Below are positions 24,279-36,625 of a DNA stretch of 52,432 nt, one piece after another; the first letter of the stretch is position 1, and each line of letters begins with the position of its first letter. The notes below the pieces were generated by a model that saw only the letters and a program-made list of their open reading frames with translations, ran no database searches and was not told the DNA's origin. The stretch lies in the NCBI RefSeq assembly GCF_001194135.2, contig NC_068998.1, forward strand, positions 140,235 through 192,666, given 5' to 3'. The position numbers were made by a program, and so were the translations under genes. Origin of the DNA: Octopus bimaculoides. Its lineage: Eukaryota.

Positions 24279-26614
24279 GCTAAAATTCACCTTCAAAGTG
24301 TCTGGTTACTAAAATGCTATTCCTTCATTCATAATACACTAGCTTTGTAGAGAAAACTCTCTATCTCTCCTTCCGCCTTCCTTCCTTCTCTACCTCCCTC
24401 TCTCCCTACCCCTTTCTTCGGGACCTTATACCACTTTTACAACAGTTTATGCTCCATTTAATACACTACCTCTATAACATGCTTATAAAACCCCGTGACT
24501 GTTCTCTTCTCTCTTCCCTTCATCACTTTTACTGTGTCACAAGTTTTAGTTTTGTACGAAATAGTTTGTCGAAATTGTTCCTAGAACTACAATCGACTGA
24601 GATTCTTTTTACGCTTCCGGTAAAAACTTGCAACAATTCAAACGAAAATTCGTCAAAACAAAACTCATCCTGCTTACTTTGTGTTTGCCATAGAACAGAT
24701 TAAATGAGATTAGCTACACAGACACACCTCCTAAACCCAGTTCAAAATACCTTATCCAAATCTTTCTTCTCCATCAAACTAAAATTTCCTCCACACACAG
24801 GACTCCATCTACAAACCCAGAAAAACAACAGCAAACTCACCCGCGTTTACTCCCACTTCAGGAGGAACTAAAGCGATCACGTGTAATTATTTTCTTGTTC
24901 TGCAAAAGAAATAAGAAAGCCTTGTAAATATAAGGTGAATAGAACGAGTGCACACAATTCACGAGAAAGATTTTCCTTGGCATCCATTTTAGGTATCCGT
25001 TCATCTGCTTTAATGGTTTTTGTTATAATGTTCTGGAATATTCATCTGAAAAGCTGTCCTGCCGATTGTAAAGATGTGTTGTTGAGAATACCATTGTGGT
25101 GTTCTCAACAATCTTTGTATATTCATTAAACATCAGCAGCACCATTAACACCGCCACGTGAACACAAAGAACTTGTGTCGTCTTCATCGGCAATTTCATA
25201 TTCCTAGAAAGTACTTTGTGTATTGTGATTCACAATGGGGCTGAAGCGAGAGAAAGGAAAATAATAGAAGCAGGTGAAATGGCGGCTGAGAGAAAGATGA
25301 GGGAAGGAAAACGGTGAAAGAGAGAATAAAAGATCGAAAGAAAATGAAAATGAAGGTGTGAAGGTAAGGAAACTGAGATAAAAAGCCGGGAAGAAAATGG
25401 GCGAGAGAGAAATTACATAAATAGAAGATAAATATATAGAGAGAGGGGTGAGAGGTGAGAGTGAAAGGGTAAAGAATGACAGAGAGAGAGAATAAGAGGA
25501 AATAAAAAGATTGAGGTGGAGGCGATGGTAGTGATGTGTTGTGAGAATATAAAAGCAAAAGAAGCAGAAGTAGAGGAGAAAAAAGAAAAATAAGAAGGAA
25601 AAGATGAAAGAACGAAAATATATATAAAAAAAAGGAAATAAAAGAAGCGAAGAAAAAATGTGCTCAGAAATTTGTATTCATAAGAAAAGAGTGGTTTTAG
25701 GCTGAAGAAGTTCTATATTATTGTTTAGCCCAAGGTTAGAACTTGTCAGCTCCAACTACATTCAATGGTATTCCTTGCTGCGACCACCTCGGTATTTTCT
25801 GATACAAAAACAGCCTAAAGCCGTATTATCCAGCGTCTGATGACACCAGGCTACGATTTGAGAGAGATTTTGCTGTAATCTAAAAGAACGGGAAAGTGTA
25901 TATCATCAACAGATTGCACCTAACCGCATGGAGTTGTATCTTGCCGGATTTCGCCCGAACACAGCGTTTGCAAACATGCACACTCGCAGACACGCACGCA
26001 CACACACTCACACAAACACGCACACGCGCATACACATACAACACAAACACACCACACAACACGCAAACGCACGCACACACGTACGCACACAGACACAAGA
26101 TACACATAAACACACACACACACACTAAAGCAGGAAAACAGCTAGCAAAATTTAGAAGCCATTTGGAAACCAAATATTGTGAGGGGTATTCATTTTCATT
26201 GGTGACAAATCGTTGGTGTTTTGTAGAACAAACAAATGATTGGATTATTTAACCATCCACTTCACTGAACTATCATTACACTGTTTATGATGGTTTGTTA
26301 GGGTTAGACGCAAGGCCAGGGACAGAGAAAGAGAGGGATGAGGTGAAGTCAGTATTACTGGTACTGCTTGTCTCAATCGCCGCTATTAGTACCACAGTAG
26401 ATATGTGAATTGTCCCCATTCAGCAGGACTCTGGTGAAATACACGATATTCACATTTCAAGTTCAATGAACCGAACAAGGAATAAAGTATACTATCGATA
26501 ACAACCAATCCATGTCCGAAATTGATATGAAATAGATCCAGGCTGGTAAAGAAAAAATCTACTGTAATCCATTGTTGTTTCGCGTGATTCTTCTTTCATT
26601 AATCTTTATTGTGT

Positions 26615-26681
<67 letters not shown>

Positions 26682-27574
26682 CGTGTGTGTGTGTTTAGAT
26701 TTGTTTAGAGTTGCATAGAAAAAAGCTTTAAAACTGTAACTATGTTGTGATGTCAGCATTATTTAACTACGTCACAGGAAAAGGCATACTCTGCATATTA
26801 GTCTGGACATTAAAGTTAAGTTCTGCAAGGATTTCCAGACGTACAAATACACATTTCATATCTGTGAGGTGCACAGGCATGGAGCCATGCCTTTCCGATA
26901 TTCAATTTACCAGTGAAAAAAGAAATCACTCCGTCTGATGAAATGCTATCAACTCAAAAACGTTAAATAACTCATTAAACCCCGACTCATTAAGAAGACT
27001 ATCTTTCAGCCGACAGCCATTTCTTATTGTGTTGTTTGATCACCTTACCGTTGATTATTTTGTTATCCTTTGTTCATCTATTTAACCATGTACACAATTC
27101 ATAATTAATTGGATTATTATTGTAATTAGTATTATTTCTGTATATTTGTCAGTTAAATCATTCACAAAAGTATCGATCTACTTCATATAGTACAATATGT
27201 AGCGGTCGACACACTGAAACGTGTGTGTGCAGAAGTATGTGCACGTGAGTGTGTGAGCATGCGTGTGTGTGTGTGAGCATGTGTGTGCGTGTGCGTGTGT
27301 GTGTAACATACTCACATACTATTTCTAGCGAGAGCGCTATTGATCCGTATCAATAAATATAATCCTTACGTTCTACTTACTATGAGTCCCCCCCAAACTA
27401 TTTATAAAATAAATAAATAAATAAATAAACTAATTTGTTTTTATTTGCTTGCTTCTTTGAATGTTTCATTTGGTCTGGTGACGTCATAAACCTGCAACAC
27501 ACTTTTAGGAAAGAGGGACATTAACAGATAGATCACCGTTCTGTACCATTCTACTCCTCACCATCGCCATCACC

Positions 27575-27606
<32 letters not shown>

Positions 27607-28341
27607 GAGATGCTTTACTTCACGCCACCTTTCCTCAAGCGTCTAAATCAGATTTGTGAAAATGAACAGTTTCAACAAGTAAAGCGTACAGATTAAATTG
27701 TTTTTAGAGAAATAATTTCTTGTATTTATTGAAATTAATTCTCCTTCTCCACCAGATCTCACTTCATTCTCAAACATGAAATGATGGTTAAAATTTGTGG
27801 AACGAACCTTGTCTCTCTGAAGACAAGACTCCTTACACTTCCTTCCATTATTACTCTCTTTCTCGGTCCCAAACAAATATGGTTGTGTTATTCACACACT
27901 CATTTTCTCCTTGAGATTCTTATAATTTCAATGCCTGATCACCATTACTTGTGATTATGGCTACTTTACCTATATTGTGCTAAACAAGATTTATGATAAT
28001 CACTGGTTCTCGCTAAAAGTAAATGCCATTAATATATTGTCATAATGCTATTTCGTATAGATTTAACGAGCAAATCACTCAATTTCTTTTCCTTTCAAAT
28101 ACAATGTATAATTATCGACAAAATGTAATTATTTCATTTCTGTCGTAATGGGAAAATATTTCAGCTTCAGAGAATGTCTCAAAGAATTTCAGGTCAAACA
28201 AGTTGCTAAAAGCAGGAATTGGAGATAGAAAAGAAAATCAAATATACAACCAAAAGAAAAGGCTTTTGATTTTATTTATACGTCTTCATCTAAAGACATA
28301 TTAAGTTAGAGACGCCTTTCTTTCGCGCTTTCTTTCTCACT

Positions 28342-28395
<54 letters not shown>

Positions 28396-28593
28396 TGAAA
28401 CAGCTTTCCTGTTGAACATGTATTGAAGACCTGACAATTTCTAGCTTCATTTCTTATCAAATTTTTGTATATTGTATTTTGTGAATTCGTCACAAATTGT
28501 TTAGGAATGTGCTATTCTAAAATCTATCGTTAACGTTTCTAGAATTTCACGGTGGGAAGAGTGAAGTTGGCATGTGCACGCGCGCGCGCACGA

Positions 28594-28635
<42 letters not shown>

Positions 28636-29838
28636 CTATATGTATATGTGTGTTTACTGCGTATCATGTATTTATGTGCTTGCATCAATACATTTGTGTT
28701 CGCATGGATTGTATCAAAAGTTAATAGATCTCCTCTGTTAGGTTCTCTCTTCAATTCCTGGGGCCAGCTGTACTTATCAGTTCCCAGTTACCGCCTCGGG
28801 TTACGTTTAACCACTTTTTCGTATCTCGATCTCGGAATCTCTTCTGTTTGGCAGCCAGTTTTCAATCTCTTCAATTTCTGCTCGAATTAATTTCATATTC
28901 GGTGTAATAATATAGTTTTATATGCTAATCAATGCCTTCAAATTCATTTTCGCCATAAATCAATAAATAAAGAGTTAATAGTTTTTGAAGTTTGTAAATT
29001 TTGTGTAATTCTAGCCAATCGTAAGCCACAAACACCATCATGCCTGTTTTCATAGTAACAAGCCAAATGTGAGAACTCTTTTGTCTGCGAGAAAGCACGT
29101 GTTGACAAATATGTTCTATTCATTGAGGTGGTGATGAGATGTGCTAAAGATAACAGCTAAGCAGGCTTTAAATCAGGCACCACAACTTTTTTGTGTTGTA
29201 TTTTGCATAATCTTGTGTAGAATACAAATTCGCGAAAATTTTCTGAAAATTCCAAAACATAAAAAAAGTAATGAGGCGTTCTATAGCGTGCGTAAAGCAG
29301 AATTTCGCCAGAATTTCATTTGTTTATGGTGAACATAGGAAATATTTTAGTCACTCTTTCACACCCGGCTGGGAAGCTAGGTTGAACTAGAACCCTCCAC
29401 ATCATAACCATCGGCTTTATACTTGTACTGTTATCTAGCACACCCAGAAGTACCGTTTAACATTTCTTTTTCTTTTCTTTTTTTTTTTTTTTGAGTCGGT
29501 CGGTGAGGATAACGGCTCATAATTTTAAATTTCATTTTCCTGTTTTTTGTTTTTACTTCTCCTTCACCTGACTCTTGTATTGCATCTCCAATTGTGCTTC
29601 AGCCACCGTCGTACCCGTTTGATGGGTGATGTTTCCAATAAGATCACGGTGACTTTTATGTCAGTCTCGATTAACAGCAGCAAGAGAAAATATTATAGTC
29701 GGGGGTTGAAGTATTTGGCGGGGATGTGAGTAAGAGAAATGTATTTCGGTAAGTTTTCATTTCGATGATTCACCGACAGACAACTGGCATATTGACAGGA
29801 AATAGACAATTGATTAATGTGACAGTTGTGTTGGGTGT

Positions 29839-29873
<35 letters not shown>

Positions 29874-30125
29874 TGAGTGAATAAAGAGAGAGAGGGGAAA
29901 TTTTTCTTTGAACTCTACAGGCATTATAAATATTTTCGCACGAGTTAAAGAAGCTGAAATGGAAGAAGAAAAAAGAGTTCGGTTGGACATATTTCAAGCG
30001 CATCATAGTTTAACAATATCAACCAACCTAGACTGGGGTCAGTAAACCATGACACAGAAGGCATTTAGTTGGAATAAGCTATATTGAATCTCTGGAAATC
30101 ATTTGAACCTAATATTCTACGGAAT

Positions 30126-30180
<55 letters not shown>

Positions 30181-30853
30181 NNNNNNNNNNNNNNNNNNNN
30201 NNNNNNNNNNNNNNNNNNNNNNNNNNNNNNNNNNNNNNNNNNNNNNNNNNNNNNNNNNNNNNNNNNNNNNNNNNNNNNNNNNNNNNNNNNNNNNNNNNNN
30301 NNNNNNNNNNNNNNNNNNNNNNNNNNNNNNNNNNNNNNNNNNNNNNNNNNNNNNNNNNNNNNNNNNNNNNNNNNNNNNNNNNNNNNNNNNNNNNNNNNNN
30401 NNNNNNNNNNNNNNNNNNNNNNNNNNNNNNNNNNNNNNNNNNNNNNNNNNNNNNNNNNNNNNNNNNNNNNNNNNNNNNNNNNNNNNNNNNNNNNNNNNNN
30501 NNNNNNNNNNNNNNNNNNNNNNNNNNNNNNNNNNNNNNNNNNNNNNNNNNNNNNNNNNNNNNNNNNNNNNNNNNNNNNNNNNNNNNNNNNNNNNNNNNNN
30601 NNNNNNNNNNNNNNNNNNNNNNNNNNNNNNNNNNNNNNNNNNNNNNNNNNNNNNNNNNNNNNNNNNNNNNNNNNNNNNNNNNNNNNNNNNNNNNNNNNNN
30701 NNNNNNNNNNNNNNNNNNNNNNNNNNNNNNNNNNNNNNNNNNNNNNNNNNNNNNNNNNNNNNNNNNNNNNNNNNNNNNNNNNNNNNNNNNNNNNNNNNNN
30801 NNNNNNNNNNNNNNNNNNNNNNNNNNNNNNNNNNNNNNNNNNNNNNNNNNNNN

Positions 30854-30902
<49 letters not shown>

Positions 30903-30920
30903 GTATGTATGTATGTATGT

Positions 30921-31305
30921 ATTCTTTTATTCCTTTACTTGTGTGCCAGTCATTTCATTGCGGCCATACCGGAGCATCACCTTGAAGGGTTTTAATCGAG
31001 CAATCTTTATAAGCCTAGTACTTATTCTATCCATGTCTTTTGCCGAACCTATTAGTTACAGTGACGTAAACATCTCAGCACCGGTTATCAAGTAGTGATG
31101 AGGGAAACATAGACATAAAGACACACACAGAGATATATACATATATAAATATACGACGGAATTCTTTCAGTTTCCACATACCAAATCCACTCACAAGGCT
31201 TTGGTCGGCCTGAGGTTATAGTAGAAGACACTTGCCCAAGATGCCGCACAGAGGGACTGAAGCCAGACCCATGTGGTTCGGAAGCAAGCATCTTACCACA
31301 TAGCC

Positions 31306-31308
<3 letters not shown>
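30921..31308 (-). mobile_element. tRNA-derived SINE, family B, near full length
   Basis: GACACTTGCCCAAG, CCAAATCCACTCACAAGGCTTTGGTCGGCC and the terminal TTCTTTTATTCCTTTACTTG are reverse complements of motifs in 5982-6222 and 5925-5980. Confidence 0.85.
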
Positions 31309-31362
<54 letters not shown>

Positions 31363-31371
31363 CACACACAG

Positions 31372-31500
31372 ATACAGATTTATGGTGATTGTAGAACAGA
31401 ACAATTAAACAAAAGATTTAATGGGCACAGATTCGACATCAGCTGCAATAACAGTCGTCCGACAGAACTTGCCAAACATTTTGTTTCAAACGGCTGCAAT
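31372..31500 (+). mobile_element. Penelope-like element GIY-YIG endonuclease fragment
   Basis: IQIYGDCRTEQLNKRFNGHRFDI...TELAKHF resembles the YIGxT..LxxRFxxHxxDI...LAxHF half of PLE GIY-YIG domains; compare 52380-52432. Confidence 0.65.
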
Positions 31501-31629
31501 TTTCTTTTTCCTTTCTTTCTTTTTTCTTTCCTTTTCTTTTTGCCAGTTGTTAAATTTGGAAATTGAAGACTGATGATGTCATTCCATCAACGTGGGAACG
31601 ATGGTTGCCCTCGTTCAAATTTTGGATTT

Positions 31630-31703
31630 GAATTTCTATAATTTTGAATTTCTATAGTTTTGAATTTCTATAATTTCGAATTTCTATAATTTCGAATTTC
31701 TAT
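31630..31703. repeat. 16-bp tandem repeat GAATTTCTATAATTTY, about 4.6 copies
   Basis: Unit starts at 31630, 31646, 31662, 31678 and 31694. Confidence 0.9.
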
Positions 31704-31830
31704 GTATCGCTTTTCATTCTGAACTCGACAAAGACAGGCTAGCTGTAGATATATCGTTCAAATATCTATTGCAATCGCATCGCGCTCTTCGTATTGTCTC
31801 TACTTTTGTGAAGAGTTACGTCAATCCTTT

Positions 31831-31833
31831 TAA

Positions 31834-31905
<72 letters not shown>
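31831..31905. repeat. Compound (TTA)n(TTG)n microsatellite directly upstream of a SINE
   Basis: Direct inspection. It generates the poly-Leu pseudo-ORF. Confidence 0.95.
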
Positions 31906-32062
31906 GCGGCGAGATGGCAGAACCGTTAGCATGCCAGGCAAAATGCCTAGCGACATTTCGTCCGTGTCTACGTTCTAAGTTCAAATTCCGCCTACCTCGA
32001 CTTTACCTTTCATCCGTTCGGAGTCGATGTAATCGACTAGTCTCTTCCCGCAAAATTTCATG
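31906..32062 (+). mobile_element. tRNA-derived SINE, family A (internally deleted)
   Basis: GCGGCGAGATGGCAGAACCGTTAGCATGCC...AAGTTCAAATTCCGCC...GATGTAATCGACT. Confidence 0.82.
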
Positions 32063-32303
32063 AATCCTAATTTTCAAAAGAAAACTACAAATTTATTTAA
32101 AATAAAATTAAATTAAATAAATTTTTCATTTATGTAACTCCTCTCAGTCATTTGCTCACTCTCCTTTTCCTTTCCTCTTCTTCCTTTTCTCCTCCTTTGT
32201 TGCCATCACCCGTTCTCCCTTATCGCGTGTGCGTGTGTGTATCTGTGTAGCGTTCTTTTACTCATTTCCTACCACCAAGCCTTGTATGTGCACCTCTTAT
32301 GTT

Positions 32304-32359
<56 letters not shown>

Positions 32360-32451
32360 CTATCTATCACTTTGTAGAGTGTTTTAATTGAGATTTTGGT
32401 TGCTACGTGAACAGGTCAAGCAATTACATTCAGTGTAGTAGTAGTAGTAGT

Positions 32452-32482
<31 letters not shown>

Positions 32483-33939
32483 TTGATCAAGCTGACAAAA
32501 ATAAAACAAGAGACAAGAGACTGTCACGGTGATGGCTTTAACAAATGAAGCATTTTGTGAATTAGGTTTATTAGCGTCAAATCCAAAATAGCGGAATTAC
32601 GTAGACTAATTCACCAAGATCGATACCAGTCAGAATAAGCTACCAAAAATATGGTTAAATGTTTGTTTGTTTGTTTGTTGTTGTTTTTTTTTACACGGAT
32701 GGTTGACAGCGAGGCTTGTTCTATTGATTTCTTTTAATTCTTCAGATTATTTTTTGTTACGATTTTTTCTTTCATTTGCCGTTCACATTTTTCCTTTCTT
32801 TTCTCTGAAATAAAAAGACCAAATGAGTAAAACATTGCATTGCTAACTCATACGTCGTAGATTCAAATAATTTAAGGGAATGTTGTTAGGGGTTTTGTGA
32901 ACACTTCACCTAATCTTTTGAAAATTAGTTGCTAGACTGATCTTGAGAAAGTTCTTTGCCATAGATTAGCGTATTATCCTGGAGGTGTTTGTTTGCCATC
33001 GACTTAAGGCAACAGAAATCAAAGATATGTGAATCATGTAAAGAGACATTTTCTTTTACCGCTGTTGTTGTTGTTGGCGGTGGTGGTAGTGGTGGTGGTT
33101 GTAGTAGTGGAGATGTGGTTTCAAATGATGGTGGCGGTGATGGTGGTGGTTTTTCTCCCTTTGGATCGTTTGTTTTTGTCATTTTTCTCTTTATTAAACC
33201 CTAAATTGATTTATTACTTTAATAAGTTTATAAAGGAAATGAATGAGATTAAGTGGTGTTCATGCTGTCCTTGTCAAAGATCTTACAGATGTAAATAATA
33301 GGGTTTGAGCTTCAATTAGCAATTAAAATCGAATTAGGAATTTATCGTCTGAAACTCGATGTTACTCATTTCCAATAATTCTTTCCACGGTCACGTGATC
33401 ACAGAAGGCGAGATCTTTAATCGATGGAATCATCAATAAATTTATTATCGATCATGAAAAGATGAAGAGCCAAGTGAACTAGCAGGGTTTGATCCCGAAA
33501 TTCTGACTTCGAAAAGGAATACGACAGAACATTTTATTCTGATAACCTACTGCACAAAGAACAAGGGTGCATCTATGTGGTCACAGATCCTGACAGAAAT
33601 ACCAGCCAAATTCTTCCTAATACTACTTCCTGTTGGCTTCGTAATGAAAGGATATAATTAAAGAATGTAGTCTTAGATAGACTTTGAATACAAAAACGCT
33701 TTAGTTCCGTAAGATGGAAAATTGTGGTATATTAGAAGCAGAAGGTTATTTCAGTCCTTGTGGACTGAATCTGTCAGAAATATATCTCTTCATCTCTTAG
33801 TGCCGATTAAAATTTGGTAGAAACTGCCCTTTTTCCCCAGTTGGATTTGAACCTACATAGCTCTTATCACAATGTTTTCAGCAGTCCTTCATACAACTGT
33901 AGTTTTCAGGATACTCCTGCAATCGGGGTGCGGAGGTAA

Positions 33940-34120
33940 GTTGTTGTTTAGCCCAGGTGAGCTCTGGATTAACAGACCTACGATCAAAGACGTTCTAACA
34001 ATGACAGTCTTGCCTTTATTTCACGCAGTGTATAATAGCCATATGTTATCTAATGTATTCCTTTTTTTCAAACGGGAGGGAGGCTTGCCTGCTATTTCTA
34101 GTCAGTCACTCACAACAGGT
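33940..34120 (-). mobile_element. Family C interspersed repeat copy
   Basis: GTTGTTGTTTAGCCCAGGTGAGCTCTGGATTAACAGACCTACGATCAAAGACGTTC matches the reverse complement of 24180-24250. TGCTATTTCTAG resembles the reverse complement of the AGAAATACCAGCCAAAT / GAAATAACAGTCAAAT motifs at about 33595 and 40170. Confidence 0.5.
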
Positions 34121-34170
34121 TATGCGAGGTGATTGTAATATATGGTATTTGAGGCAGCAGCAACTAATAG

Positions 34171-34203
<33 letters not shown>

Positions 34204-34522
34204 TTGGCTAAAAGTTAAAGTTTCAAGGAAATCTGAAGTATTTCTCCTTGTATTAATCATTTTTCTTTAATTAAGGATTTAGAGAAAAATTAAGCTGCAG
34301 AAATGAAAGCATCGACTTTATTAACATTTTTTGAGTTTTCAATTAAAATTTGTGTTAATGAGGAGGGCATGATGATGATTATGATGGTAATGACTATATT
34401 AATGATGGTGGTGGTAATAGGGGTGGTCGTGATTGCTACACCCAATCCAATGAAATCTTGTCTGGGGTTTTATCTTCATCAACACGCTTTGCTTATCGAG
34501 AATGAATTGCTACAGGTCACCT

Positions 34523-34558
<36 letters not shown>

Positions 34559-34720
34559 CTCTCTCTCCCCTCTTTCCTGTCTTTCTTTATCTCCCTCCTC
34601 TTCTTCATCTATATTTCTGTGTCTCCGCCCACAACACACTCACACACACACACACATTCTTTTCCATCGTCCTTCTACCACAAACCGGTGAAAGACTTCC
34701 AAGACAGGAGAATATCTGCG

Positions 34721-34751
<31 letters not shown>

Positions 34752-34867
34752 TTGCATATATGTCTATGTACGCATGTGTGTGTGTGTGTCTGTAAACATG
34801 TGTATATATGCACGTAGTTTGTGCGTATGTACGCATGTGTGTACGTATGTCTATATACATGCGTGTA

Positions 34868-34904
<37 letters not shown>

Positions 34905-36214
34905 ATTATGCAATGTTAACCAATCCTAGACCCACTAAAGTGTTACAAGAAGGGGACTCAACGGTTTTGTTCTTTTCAATATTTTTTGTCAACGTTGGTG
35001 ATTCGAATCATCCGACATTTATTGCAATTCTATGGGATTTATAATTGAGTAATAATTACGTCATCTTCTATCCTTATATACGCTACATACATATTGCATG
35101 TATATAAATGCATGCACACATGCACACACACAGAGAATAAATCAATCAATAAATATATATATATATATATATTCACACACACACACGCATACCAGAATAA
35201 GCACATGGATGTGAAACAAGGTGGGAAAAAATAGTACTCGAATACCGGAAGTAGAGTAATGTGGTTTATTATTATCAAAGCTGCAAAAACATCACAATAA
35301 TTCAACTTAAATATCGCCACATGTCTTCTGTTTTTAACAAAATCTAATACATCCAACTTTAAAATCCTAAAAGATTCTTTAGGTGTTTTTTTTTTTCGCT
35401 AGATATGATATAACTGTTAAAAGGAGAATATTCTATGTTGTGATCTTCATGCCCTTCTCAAAACGAAATAATTCCAAACTGATTTGCTTTATAACATTGA
35501 ATAGGAATCTATACACGTCACCAATTTTCAAGAATTTCTCAAACGATCCTATCCTCCGAAAATTCATTTCCAACCTTTAAACCTGACCTTGACCTCCCAC
35601 CACCACCATTACCTTCACCGCCGCCGCCGTAGGCAATTTATTTTTAATTGTTTCGTGTCTAATGAAAAGCATTTGCACGCTTCACTACAAATACGGCAAT
35701 CCAAATAAAAATATTTTTTCTCAATCTCTTGAATTGTTTTGACATTTTCGCCAGCGGCCAATAGTCTTTTTGTTTTTCAATTACCTAAGCGGCAATAATA
35801 ATTGAATTGAGTGAATCTTGGAAGCAAGTATGGCTGTCCGTCAATTAAGCTTCCTTTCATGTTGGAAAGATTTGCTGTACAACCGCCATTTTGTTCGGCA
35901 TCGTTAATCCTGCGTAAACTATCGAGGTTTCCAAGACAACTGATTATTTATATAGTTTATTGCATTTATAATTTCCCAATAATTTCTGCTTCAAACACAT
36001 TTTGGATCACTTCATTTGAAGGCGTTCCTTAACTTTTCAACAAGCAACGAAGTGTTTTTCCTAAATCACAGTATTTTATATACGACTAAAAGTCATAAGC
36101 TCTTTATAATGTGTGTAGAAGAACAAAATGTGTTAAATGTATATATTCTGTACAGCTTCTCAAACCCGCTTCAAATTAATTGAATCTACTAGGGATTGTC
36201 TCTTCTATGATAGA

Positions 36215-36475
36215 TAAGTGACGATCAGGATTACATGACGTAAACACACCAACATCGGTTGTCAAATGATGGTGGGGGGACAAACACAGACACCGAAACA
36301 CACGCACACACATGTATATACGACGGACTTTCAGTTTTCGTCTATCGAATCCACTTACAAAGCTTTTGTCGGCCCGAGACTTTAGCAGCAGACACTTGCC
36401 CAAGGTGCCACGCAGTGGGACTGAACCCAGAGCCATGTGGTTGGCAAGCAAGCTACTTACCACACAGCCACTCCT
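36215..36475 (-). mobile_element. tRNA-derived SINE, family B
   Basis: GACACTTGCCCAAGGTGCCACGCAGTGGGACTGAACCC...CTTACCACACAGCCACTCCT is the reverse complement of the 5982 head. Confidence 0.85.
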
Positions 36476-36534
36476 AAAGAGAGAGAGAATGAGAGAAAGA
36501 GAGAGAGAATGAGAGAAAGAGAGATGGAAAGTGG

Positions 36535-36625
36535 AAATTTGATTCCAGTACTGCACTGGTGTTATATCGAACCCAATGGATGAAAGGAAAGCTAGCCTCG
36601 GTGGCACTTGAACTCAGTGCACAGA
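36535..36625 (-). mobile_element. Family A SINE fragment
   Basis: GGATGAAAGGAAAGCTAGCCTCGGTGGCACTTGAACTCAG resembles the reverse complement of the B-box/body junction. Confidence 0.55.

Noticed and set aside
25079-25093. TTGTTGAGAATAC resembling miR-137
   Set aside because: The seed differs and the match is on the 5' arm, whereas mature miR-137 comes from the 3' arm, so the similarity is coincidental.
31630-31703. 16-bp array as a heat-shock element cluster
   Set aside because: The GAA/TTC spacing does not fit alternating nGAAn pentamers.
32925-33182. Pro-rich 85-aa minus-strand ORF starting MTKTNDPKGEKPPP
   Set aside because: The Pro/Thr runs come from a (GGT)/(GTT) microsatellite, and I recognise no domain.
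35755-35892. CCAAT plus YY1-like CCGCCATTTT as a promoter; TGACCTTGACCT direct repeat at 35584-35595
   Set aside because: These are isolated short motifs with no CpG-rich context or downstream gene.
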